Source of the DNA: Spirochaetia bacterium
GTDB taxonomy: Bacteria; Spirochaetota; Spirochaetia; UBA9216
NCBI GenBank assembly: GCA_965140585.1
Contig: OZ223272.1
Span: 128,001 to 192,000 of the forward strand
DNA length: 64,000 nt
Direction of reading: 5' to 3'
Part shown: positions 1 through 8,659 of the stretch, in pieces
Layout: the number at the start of each line of letters is the position of its first letter
Position numbering within the stretch: position 1 is the stretch's first letter
The notes under the pieces: generated by a model
What the model was told of the DNA's origin: nothing
What the model saw: only the letters and a program-made list of their open reading frames with translations
Database searches by the model: none
Made by a program: the position numbers and the translations under genes

Positions 1-1
1 A

Positions 2-211
2 ATTAACGCTGTTGAGGCTGTAAAAGATTATGCAGCTCTGAACAAGCCCGAAAAAAGAAGTATTATCCGCAATATTATTGAAAATACTGCAGAAATGTAT
101 TCAATACCCAGAAACACCTTTGCGGATGTATTTATTACAGCGGTTTACGGAAATCTCACCGTAAAGCCAAAGACCAAAAGAACATTCACCGGAAGAAAAC
201 GCGCTGCTTAA
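2..211 (+). CDS. 3' end of a hypothetical protein (truncated by window edge)
   Basis: Open frame from base 2 (INAVEAVKDY...GRKRAA) to TAA at 209-211; not in the ORF track because no start is present. Confidence 0.6.
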   Translation: MNAVEAVKDYAALNKPEKRSIIRNIIENTAEMYSIPRNTFADVFITAVYGNLTVKPKTKRTFTGRKRAA

Positions 212-273
212 TACTGACTACTTGAAAATATAAAGGGTGGTTCTAAGCTGAAGATTTATATTATATTTAAGCT

Positions 274-879
274 ATGAGCAATGAAAACGGAAACAGAAAG
301 ATTCTGACGGCAATCACAGGAGCCAGCGGCTCAATATATGCACTCAGACTTTTAGAGGAACTGTGGAAAGCCGGATGTGATATTCACCTCGTGTTCTCAG
401 AAACCGGAGCAGATGTCTTCAAGTTCGAAACAGATATTGATGCTGCAGATATAATCGGGTGGATTGAAAATATTAGTTCGCAGGGCTCTCCGGCCATATC
501 AGTGCACGATAATAAAAACCTCTTCGCAGGCCCTGCAAGCGGATCATTTGGAATAGAATCGATGGTGATAGTTCCATGCAGCATGTCCACACTCGGATCG
601 GTTGCAAACGGAACTCTTCAGACGCTTATCGGCAGGGCGGCAGATGTCTGCCTGAAGGAAAAACGGCAGCTCATCACCGTGCCGAGAGAAACTCCATACA
701 ACCGAATCCACATGAAGAATATGCTGGCACTCGATGAGGCCGGCGCAACTATTCTGCCTGCATCCCCCGGTTTCTACACCCAGCCCCGCACTCTCATTGA
801 TGCAGTCAATTTTGTAACAGCCAGAATCCTGGACCACCTAGGCATCGAAAACAGCCTGAGCAAACGCTGGGGAGAGTAA
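274..879 (+). CDS. ubiX: Flavin prenyltransferase UbiX
   Basis: ITGASGSIY, ASGSF, PCSMSTL, RAADVCLKE, PRETP, PASPGFY motifs. Confidence 0.93.
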   Translation: MSNENGNRKILTAITGASGSIYALRLLEELWKAGCDIHLVFSETGADVFKFETDIDAADIIGWIENISSQGSPAISVHDNKNLFAGPASGSFGIESMVIVPCSMSTLGSVANGTLQTLIGRAADVCLKEKRQLITVPRETPYNRIHMKNMLALDEAGATILPASPGFYTQPRTLIDAVNFVTARILDHLGIENSLSKRWGE

Positions 880-1150
880 CCGCCTGTTTTTCAGAGCACA
901 GATTTTTTTACTTGAATATGATTCTAACGGCATGAATTATCTCATGATGCGGCGGCACAGACTTAACCAATGTAACTTTCAATTCAGCTTCGAATGCCGG
1001 AAAGATTTCCGGACGGATAACTCAGAAAACTACGGAATCTAAAAGCTCAATCAGCGAACTCGATGCTGTGTAAGCAGTCTTGGAACAAGACTTACAGTTC
1101 TCACACCTATATCATTTACTCTGCCTCCGGGCTTCCCCCTTCTTGCAGGA

Positions 1151-1510
1151 ATGATAGGTACCGGAAAGGGTGAGAAATTATGGGATATTCCATTTCAGAC
1201 AGCCTATAATTACAATGATGCAGATAGTCTGGAAGACACAATGAATGTCGATTTTGTAGCTGATGTTCCATCTATGATTACAGCCGAGACCTGGCTTGGC
1301 GTCAATGATTCATTAGAATTGAAGATTGATCCAGGCGAGATTGAAACATCATCTTTTACAGGAATCGAGACATTTAACCTCACATTAGAACCCTATATTA
1401 CAGTGGATGTTCCAGGTTACACAGTCGACGAATGGTCGGATATTGAAGAAACAGATATCAGTACAGGAGACCCTACCGGTAGATATTCTATCCAATTGAT
1501 TCTGGGATAA
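1151..1510 (+). CDS. Acidic hypothetical protein, possibly a gene fragment
   Basis: 119-aa D/E/T-rich ORF; frame stays open upstream to ~1043; no recognisable family. Confidence 0.4.
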   Translation: MIGTGKGEKLWDIPFQTAYNYNDADSLEDTMNVDFVADVPSMITAETWLGVNDSLELKIDPGEIETSSFTGIETFNLTLEPYITVDVPGYTVDEWSDIEETDISTGDPTGRYSIQLILG

Positions 1511-1550
1511 ATTCAGTCTCACAGCAGAATAGATATCAGCCAATACATAC

Positions 1551-1574
1551 GGCCGGAAACATTCACTTCCGGCC
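1551..1574. terminator. Hairpin between convergent genes
   Basis: GGCCGGAA-N8-TTCCGGCC. Confidence 0.5.
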
Positions 1575-1583
1575 ATATTTACT

Positions 1584-2207
1584 CTATTTGCACTGAAACC
1601 TCAGAACCGTTTTAAGCTTGGCAGGCTCCGTCTTCCGTGCATCTGACAGATATATCTCACGGTGATTCTTTGACAGCCGTTCAACACCAATGCTTTCAGC
1701 ATACTCTTCCATCATAGCAAAGCTTTCCGGTTCATCATCATAGGGACCATTGTGCAGCATCTGAATGCATTGCCCTTCTGCCAGAGTTTGGAAATCTGCC
1801 TTATCCAGAAGTTCATGAGGCTTGTTTTTCTTTACACGTTCTATCGTTTCCAGAGCATACTCATCAGTCACAAAATCAGGTTGACGAATCATCAGGGTAA
1901 AAGCCAGCTGATCCTTATCCAGACTTCCGCTATAATCGGCAATGCCCTTCTCAGTCAGGCTCCACACCCCCTCAAGCGGATAAACTGTATATTCGAAATA
2001 TCCCTCCGGCGCTAACCCCTTCTTCGGACTCATCCGGACAGCATATGACAGCGAGTAAAGAACACCGATATATTCACCGAAAGCCGCATCATTGGGGTTT
2101 CCTTCCCCGCTGACAGTGAAAAATTTCATTTCGGGGATTTCAATAATTTCCGGTTTATTTTTAGGAAGGTAAAACTGCTTTTCCTGTTTTTTCCATTCAT
2201 GTTTCAT
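1584..2207 (-). CDS. GyrI-like small-molecule-binding protein
   Basis: GEGNPN, VYPLEGVW, MIRQPDFV, HNGPYDDEPES, HREIYLSD motifs; start placed at ATG 2207 behind AGGAG. Confidence 0.85.
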   Translation of the reverse strand: MKHEWKKQEKQFYLPKNKPEIIEIPEMKFFTVSGEGNPNDAAFGEYIGVLYSLSYAVRMSPKKGLAPEGYFEYTVYPLEGVWSLTEKGIADYSGSLDKDQLAFTLMIRQPDFVTDEYALETIERVKKNKPHELLDKADFQTLAEGQCIQMLHNGPYDDEPESFAMMEEYAESIGVERLSKNHREIYLSDARKTEPAKLKTVLRFQCK

Positions 2208-2286
2208 ATTTTTCACTCCTGTTAAAACGAGGATAATACAGTATATACGACAGCACTATGTCATAGTTAAAAATTATTATTGTTTT

Positions 2287-2946
2287 TTATAACTCATCAT
2301 GTTCGAGAAAGGAATAATAGCCCTTAGTATTAAAGATGATATGATCAAGAAAATTAAGCCTTAACATATCAGATGCATTCTGAAGCATTCTGGTGACTCT
2401 AAAATCTTCATCACTTGGTAAAATTTCACCTTGCGGATGATTATGTGCAACAATTATGGCAGAAGCCCTTTCAGATAAGACATCAGCAAAAACTTCCCTG
2501 GGATGTACTTGCGTTTTGTTAACAAGGCCAATGGTGACAACACGAATACTCATTACTTCATGAGCCCCATTTATGGAAACACAAAGAAAATGTTCCTGTT
2601 TTCTGTCGGAGTAATGCTGTATTAAAGGCAGAACATCTGCCGGGAACTTAATTTTCAAACCTTCAGGTTTAATTCGTCTTCTTACAAACTCAAAAGCTGC
2701 ATCTATTGTTGCAGCCTTCGCAGAACCAATACCATTAACATCAATTATATCATTAGCCGAAAAAGAAAGTCCTTTTTCATCGATAATTTTAACGATTTTA
2801 CTGGATAATGATAGAACATCCTCATTTTTCGATCCCTTACCAAGAATAATTGCAAGTAATTCCTGGTCTGATAATGATGATGAGCCGCTATGAAGAAGTT
2901 TTTCTCTGGGACGATCGGCAAGTGGAATATCTTTTATTCGTTTCAT
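2287..2946 (-). CDS. radC: RadC (JAB/MPN domain) protein
   Basis: RPREKL, LSDQELLAI, HPREVF, AHNHPQG...SDED, DHII motifs. Confidence 0.93.
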   Translation of the reverse strand: MKRIKDIPLADRPREKLLHSGSSSLSDQELLAIILGKGSKNEDVLSLSSKIVKIIDEKGLSFSANDIIDVNGIGSAKAATIDAAFEFVRRRIKPEGLKIKFPADVLPLIQHYSDRKQEHFLCVSINGAHEVMSIRVVTIGLVNKTQVHPREVFADVLSERASAIIVAHNHPQGEILPSDEDFRVTRMLQNASDMLRLNFLDHIIFNTKGYYSFLEHDEL

Positions 2947-2947
2947 T

Positions 2948-3967
2948 TCAGGAGGAGATTTTTTCAGGAATAAAGATTATATCTTTGCTGCTGTAGACTT
3001 CCACCACCTGTCCTGATAGATAGGAATCATCAAATATTACAAAATTATCACCTGAGCCAAGAGAACTTTTAAAGATAATCCCGTCATACCCGTTATCTTT
3101 GATTAATTCGCAGAGGTATTGTGTAGGTAAGTACTCAAAATCTTTCATATAAGGAAGAACCGGGATAGAAAGTGCTACACTAAGGTGATTAAGAAATGGA
3201 ATAAACTCAGTATAAATCATAGATAAATCATCATGCACGAATGGAGAAATGCTTTTTCCAGGGTTTCTTAAATCAATCATTTTTAAATTATTATCAAGAG
3301 AAAAAGAAGCTACATATACAATTTCGCTCTTATACGGTCTGGTCTCTGAAATAGCAGTAGTTACATCACTTGCACCATAGAAATATGAGATGCCCTTCGG
3401 GTTTGCCCTCCCATCTGGGGCTTTTCCTTCAGGAGGTTTTCCCATCTTATCTATCGAGTATGGACTACCATCGCCTTTCAACCTGGCTCTATAAATATAA
3501 TCAGGAATACAACTCTTATCTAATTCCAAATACCCGATAAGCAGTATTAATTGTTCCTGCTCTATTTTCTTCTGAGGGAAGAAGCGATTCCGATGCCGTA
3601 ATTCCCTGGAAAACTCTTCCCAATTTTTAATAAATTGACTTTCGACATTTTCAGGGGCTTTTACTTTCAATTGAATCAGGTTTTCATCATCCATTATACT
3701 GGTTAATAATTGCTCAACAACAGTACTATCTAAAGATTCATTAAAGATATGCCAGTCTTCCTGAAGTAAACCTGCAAGAGGAAGGCCGTCCTCTGAAACT
3801 TGATAAAAATCAATGACGGGTAGAAACAGATCCATCAATTCAACTGCATTTATAAATGAAACTGAGGCTGTACTATTGCAAAAAGAGCATGTGCCCCTGT
3901 TAGTCGAAAAGGTTTCGATATGTCTTTTGATAAAACTATCGTTAAAACAATCAGGACAGCATAACAC
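2948..3967 (-). CDS. RES-domain protein (NAD+-consuming ART fold) with N-terminal Cys-rich region
   Basis: CCPDC...CSFC at N-terminus; YRAR, GRANPKGISYFY, AISETRP, YLPTQYLCE, GYDGIIFKSS. Confidence 0.85.
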   Translation of the reverse strand: MLCCPDCFNDSFIKRHIETFSTNRGTCSFCNSTASVSFINAVELMDLFLPVIDFYQVSEDGLPLAGLLQEDWHIFNESLDSTVVEQLLTSIMDDENLIQLKVKAPENVESQFIKNWEEFSRELRHRNRFFPQKKIEQEQLILLIGYLELDKSCIPDYIYRARLKGDGSPYSIDKMGKPPEGKAPDGRANPKGISYFYGASDVTTAISETRPYKSEIVYVASFSLDNNLKMIDLRNPGKSISPFVHDDLSMIYTEFIPFLNHLSVALSIPVLPYMKDFEYLPTQYLCELIKDNGYDGIIFKSSLGSGDNFVIFDDSYLSGQVVEVYSSKDIIFIPEKISS

Positions 3968-3968
3968 C

Positions 3969-4922
3969 TTAGTTTATTCCCCTTAGATATTCAGCAACCA
4001 GTTCAACATGGTGCTGCATCGAAAGCTTTTTTACATATCCTAAACCTGGGAAATGTTTATGTTCGAAAAGTTTGAGATATTCACCAAGAGCCCTGGATTT
4101 AAAAATCTTTGAATCAGGTCTGTAAACTTCATCAACCAGTTTCTGCAGGGCTTCAAGAAACTTACCGCCGGGATTGGTGGGAGAATCGGTCTGATCTGAT
4201 ATGAAATGATAAATAAACATGTCATCATCCTTATCATCATCAATATAAGTCAGATGAATTGCCACAGCATAGGCGGGTCCTCCGGAATCACGGAATTCAT
4301 CTCCCACAATCAGAAAATCACCGAAGCCATCCATCCCTTCATCCGGAAAAGTAATGTGCAGATCAGAGAAATGCTCGAACGGAGGATACTGGGAGTTTTT
4401 CTTCTGTATACGAAACCCGTCCCGAATGAGAATTCGCTGTACACCTTCCTGTTTAAACTGTCTCTGATAAAGCTTGCTTGTCTGTTCCTCAATAAAAACA
4501 TGTCTCTTGATACTCATATTCCCATCAACGACTTTTACCAAATCCTTACCGTTGGTATAACCGTAATGGATTAATGATACATTGCGGTGCTGTTTACCCT
4601 CAAGAAATCCAGTTAGTTCATCTAATTCTGATCCGGCATGTAAAACAAAACCAAGTGATGTAACTTTATTATCCTTCATAATTTCATCAAGTAAATCATC
4701 GGGAATAATCTCATGGGAGCTGTAATCGCCAACCTGCGGATTAACTACAAGTGTATGCACAACTCCATTTTTTACCAACTCGGATACGGCTTTTAACAAG
4801 GCCGTCGAACTGAACTTTACAGGTTCGATTATGGGATGTATGTAATTTTCCTTAAAAAAAGCAGCATTACCCCGAAGCAGAATCAGCTCATTCTGCTTTC
4901 CTCTTAGAAACGGATAGTACAT
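3969..4922 (-). CDS. sce7725-family protein
   Basis: MYYPFLRGKQNEL start, PIIEPV, GFGDFLIVG, GGPAYAVAIHLTY, HFPGLGYVKKLSMQHH end. Confidence 0.85.
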   Translation of the reverse strand: MYYPFLRGKQNELILLRGNAAFFKENYIHPIIEPVKFSSTALLKAVSELVKNGVVHTLVVNPQVGDYSSHEIIPDDLLDEIMKDNKVTSLGFVLHAGSELDELTGFLEGKQHRNVSLIHYGYTNGKDLVKVVDGNMSIKRHVFIEEQTSKLYQRQFKQEGVQRILIRDGFRIQKKNSQYPPFEHFSDLHITFPDEGMDGFGDFLIVGDEFRDSGGPAYAVAIHLTYIDDDKDDDMFIYHFISDQTDSPTNPGGKFLEALQKLVDEVYRPDSKIFKSRALGEYLKLFEHKHFPGLGYVKKLSMQHHVELVAEYLRGIN

Positions 4923-4932
4923 TAATTACTCC

Positions 4933-5826
4933 CTATTCTGATATAACAATTTTTCTTACCTCTGCATCATATTTATCTGATAAAGCATTCAGCTTTTGTA
5001 AATTACCTGCATTATTAATAATATAAGCATACAAAGATTCCGGAGCTCTATTCAGTAAGGTTTCAATTGCAGATTTCTTATCACGATTTTTAAGAACATC
5101 AAAGGTTTTGTCATGGATGATTTCAGGATCCTGACGGCAGAACATTGCCCTGCATTCATCGAATATCCGGGTATTGGGAACATCAGGAACGTAGCCGTAA
5201 ATACTTTTTATAACTTCAAGATACTCATTCTTTCTTAAAGAATTGAACAGAAATTCGGGTCTAACATTATGTTTATTGGAGATAGATATTTTATGGATTT
5301 GAATCGTACAATCATCTGAAATACATAATATTCCAACATGAGCGGGCAATTTCCCATCCAGTTGCTCAGTCTGAGCCTGTGAGGTAACAACATATATATT
5401 ATCAAAAACATTACCATAGGCTTCAATCTGATCATCAAGCCGCCTGAAAGAATCAAACTGCGATTTAATTTCGTAGACAGTTGAAGTACCGTTTAAAATA
5501 ACAACATCAGCCCGGCGCTTTCCTACACGGAATTCGTTAAGCATCCAAGAGTTCTGAAGTGAATGTCTTTTTAATAGCAGTTCCCTGGTAATTTCATTTT
5601 TATAAAGATATTCATTTCGGTAATTCAATGAAAGAAGGCTATAAATATCGTTTAGAAATGAACGAAACGACTGTGAAAGATCGATTCTATTTATCAGATT
5701 GCTGTTTTGAAGCACTTCATACAGATAATCGGAGAATCCATTCTCAGCTATCTTATCAAGAACAAGGGGAGTAAAAATTCGGCTTAGCGGGTTTAAATAA
5801 CAGGGATCAACGACTAAATCAGACAA
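4933..5826 (-). CDS. sce7726-family protein (PD-(D/E)xK nuclease-like)
   Basis: YRNEYLYKN, EFRVGKRRAD, VYEIKSQFD, RLDDQIEAY; TTG start with AGGAGG SD. Confidence 0.85.
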   Translation of the reverse strand: MSDLVVDPCYLNPLSRIFTPLVLDKIAENGFSDYLYEVLQNSNLINRIDLSQSFRSFLNDIYSLLSLNYRNEYLYKNEITRELLLKRHSLQNSWMLNEFRVGKRRADVVILNGTSTVYEIKSQFDSFRRLDDQIEAYGNVFDNIYVVTSQAQTEQLDGKLPAHVGILCISDDCTIQIHKISISNKHNVRPEFLFNSLRKNEYLEVIKSIYGYVPDVPNTRIFDECRAMFCRQDPEIIHDKTFDVLKNRDKKSAIETLLNRAPESLYAYIINNAGNLQKLNALSDKYDAEVRKIVISE

Positions 5827-5877
5827 TTACCGGCCTCCTTTTGTTCAATGATAATTACGATGCTGTTCTTTATTTAA

Positions 5878-5886
5878 ATTATACCA
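5878..5886 (-). promoter_or_regulatory. Extended -10 promoter for the sce7726 operon
   Basis: TGGTATAAT on the minus strand in the gap between hsdS and sce7726. Confidence 0.55.
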
Positions 5887-5893
5887 TCACTAA

Positions 5894-7204
5894 TTACTTT
5901 TTCGATCTTTTAGTTGATTTCTTAACAGCCTTTAATTCTGCTTCCATCTTTGCCTTCTCTTCCATTATTCGTTCCAGCAGTCTCTCAGCGGGTTCATCAT
6001 TTGGATCCTGCGGCACAAGCTCGCCCCGAAAAGCCTTGGCAAGAACAGACTGAGAAAGCTTATCAACTCTTGACTTTGCTTCATTGTAATGAGCTTCGAC
6101 CTTATCCGCCAGAGCAAAGAGTTTATCAACCTGTTTCACGATTTCTTTTTGTTCCTCGAGGGGAGGGAGATAAATTGACGTATCCATTACTATTGCTTGA
6201 TTAATTTTTGGCATACTTCCAGCAGTGCCAGTAGCATTACTTCGAAAATAATCAAGAGTTTGATAACTTTGTAGCGACAAGACAAGAAAAGAAGGTAATA
6301 CTAATTCTTTATTAGCTTTAACTTTCATCATAAGATCAGGATATATAAATTCATAACTGTTTCCGTTATAGATTGCTGAAATACCCACATAATTAATTGA
6401 ATTACTTCGCTGTATTAAAATATCATCTTTTTCTAACCATAAATAAGAATCATTTTGTATATCTTCATCAATATATTTAAAACAAGAACTATCAAATGTT
6501 CCTGATGTTGTCGCAGTAAGGCTAAGTGATTTAACTGGAGTTTCATACTTCACTGCAGTTGGGGAATATCCATTTCTAGGTTTGCCAATGATGATATCAA
6601 TAAGTGGTACTACTTTAGATTCTACCTCGGTATGCTCTTCCCGCCACTTCTCAGTTAGCCTTCCAGTTACTGCTGCTGTCAAGACTGATTGCCGGTAGCG
6701 TTTCATAATAACAGGAACCTTCTCCAACCGCTCTTTCACTGTCTCAATCCGTGGCATAATAGAATCAAGCTTGGCTACAATACGTTTTTGCTCGTTAAGG
6801 GGAGGGAATAAAATCGAAAAACCTACTAAATTTTCAATTGTTACCTGTGGTTGTGCAGTGCCTGTAACAATAGTGCTTTTATCACTATTGTATAATGAAT
6901 AATACAAAAACTTATTACAATTATAATACTCAGCAGGTAATTCTATAATAAGAGAATTAGATGTTATGTAACACTTTGGAGGTGAAATATTTATAACACC
7001 ACTATTTGCTCCACGACAAGATATTAATACTTGGGGTTTTTCATATAGGTATTCATTATAATACCCAATAATCGAGTTGGCGCCAAAAACTGGATATTTA
7101 CCAATATCATATAGTTGATTTTTAGACAAACCTTTCCCGTAAGCAATATTTGCTATCTTAGTAATTGCGACTTCAACCCATCCGCTCGGAAGGCCCTCAC
7201 TCAT
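5894..7204 (-). CDS. hsdS: Type I RM specificity subunit
   Basis: Two TRDs, each followed by PPLxEQxxIV; C-terminal AFRGELVPQDPNDEPA. Confidence 0.93.
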   Translation of the reverse strand: MSEGLPSGWVEVAITKIANIAYGKGLSKNQLYDIGKYPVFGANSIIGYYNEYLYEKPQVLISCRGANSGVINISPPKCYITSNSLIIELPAEYYNCNKFLYYSLYNSDKSTIVTGTAQPQVTIENLVGFSILFPPLNEQKRIVAKLDSIMPRIETVKERLEKVPVIMKRYRQSVLTAAVTGRLTEKWREEHTEVESKVVPLIDIIIGKPRNGYSPTAVKYETPVKSLSLTATTSGTFDSSCFKYIDEDIQNDSYLWLEKDDILIQRSNSINYVGISAIYNGNSYEFIYPDLMMKVKANKELVLPSFLVLSLQSYQTLDYFRSNATGTAGSMPKINQAIVMDTSIYLPPLEEQKEIVKQVDKLFALADKVEAHYNEAKSRVDKLSQSVLAKAFRGELVPQDPNDEPAERLLERIMEEKAKMEAELKAVKKSTKRSKK

Positions 7205-8646
7205 TCAGTTTCCTCCGCCTCAATCTCATCCAGTATCAGCTGTAGCTCATCAACACAGGCGCTAAGTTCGGTAATGGCATCCGCAACCAATAGCTGCGGG
7301 TCGGGCAGTGAATTGGGATCTTCAAGGTTTTCATCCTTCAGCCAGCTAATATCGAGGTTGAAGTTACGATCTTTAATCTGTGAATAAGCAAATTTTCTGA
7401 ACCGGCCTTCTTCGCCAAGATCTTTACGCCTGGACTGCCCGTTTGGATCTTCGCCATAACAGACTTCAAAGTCCTCAAACATGGCCGGAGTAAGAGGTCT
7501 GTCCTTCTTTGTTACTCCGGGAATATTGGTGCGGCAGTCATATATCCAGGTTTCTTCTGTCTTAAGTCCTTTCTGAAAGAAGAGAACGTTTGCCTTTACT
7601 CCCTGACTGTATGGGGTGAATGTGCCATTGGGAAGACGCAGTACCGTATGTACATTGCAGTCTTCCATCAGGTACTTGATAACATCTCCTGCCTGGTCTG
7701 CAAAAAGAACGTTATCCGGTAAAACCATAGCAGCCCGTCCGCCGGGTTTTAGAATAGTAACAACATGCTGAATAAAATTAAGCTGCTTGTTACTGGTGCT
7801 CACTGTAAAATCATCACGGACCGGGGCCTGGTTTGCTCCCTTTGTTCCAAAAGGAGGATTAGTCAGAATACAGTCATAGCGTTCGCCTCGATCCGGCTCA
7901 TAGATGCTGTCTCCAAGATAGATCTGCGGTTCCAGCCCATGCAGAAAAAGATTCATTAGAGCAAGTCTCCGCGGTCTGGGAACCAGTTCCTGACCATAGT
8001 AGGTTTCTTTTTTTATTCTAAGCACGTCCTTACGTTCGAGAGCACCTTTGGTTATTTCCATAAGCCACTCATAAGCAGCCATCAAAAATCCTGATGTCCC
8101 GCAGGCTGGGTCACATATCTTGTAATCTTTGGCAGTTCTTGGGTCAGGCTGCATAACCTTTATAATAGATTGAATAAGAGGCCGCGGGGTAAAATACTGC
8201 CCTGCCCCCTTCTTGCCTTCTGCCGCGGACCTCTCAAGCAGGCCCTCAAAGGCTGCACCCTTTACATCAACATCCATTGAAGACCAGTCTTCTTCATCTA
8301 TCATATTGATAACGCGTTTAAGGTTTACCGGATTGGTAAAACGGGGCATAGCCTGTGTAAAAATATCTCCAAGAAGGCCGGATTGTCTGCTTAAAGCCCT
8401 TAGAATCTGAGAAAAGGCATCAAGCAGCTCGGTACCAGATTTTTCAGTAAAGGGTGTCCAGGAACAATCAAGAACTATTTTCTCTTTGTTCTCTTCATAT
8501 TCAACTTTAGATAGGTCAATTCCCTTCTCATGTGACATCTTTAGAAACATAAGATAGGTAAGCTGTTCGATATAATCACCGTAATCAATACCGTCATGGC
8601 GTAGGGTACTGCAGAACCCCCAGAGTTTATTTACTACATCCGACAT
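7201..8646 (-). CDS. hsdM: Type I RM N6-adenine methyltransferase
   Basis: GQYFTPR, DPACGTSGFL, NPPF motifs; 4-bp overlap with hsdS. Confidence 0.95.
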   Translation of the reverse strand: MSDVVNKLWGFCSTLRHDGIDYGDYIEQLTYLMFLKMSHEKGIDLSKVEYEENKEKIVLDCSWTPFTEKSGTELLDAFSQILRALSRQSGLLGDIFTQAMPRFTNPVNLKRVINMIDEEDWSSMDVDVKGAAFEGLLERSAAEGKKGAGQYFTPRPLIQSIIKVMQPDPRTAKDYKICDPACGTSGFLMAAYEWLMEITKGALERKDVLRIKKETYYGQELVPRPRRLALMNLFLHGLEPQIYLGDSIYEPDRGERYDCILTNPPFGTKGANQAPVRDDFTVSTSNKQLNFIQHVVTILKPGGRAAMVLPDNVLFADQAGDVIKYLMEDCNVHTVLRLPNGTFTPYSQGVKANVLFFQKGLKTEETWIYDCRTNIPGVTKKDRPLTPAMFEDFEVCYGEDPNGQSRRKDLGEEGRFRKFAYSQIKDRNFNLDISWLKDENLEDPNSLPDPQLLVADAITELSACVDELQLILDEIEAEETE

Positions 8647-8659
8647 GTTAATTCCTTAT

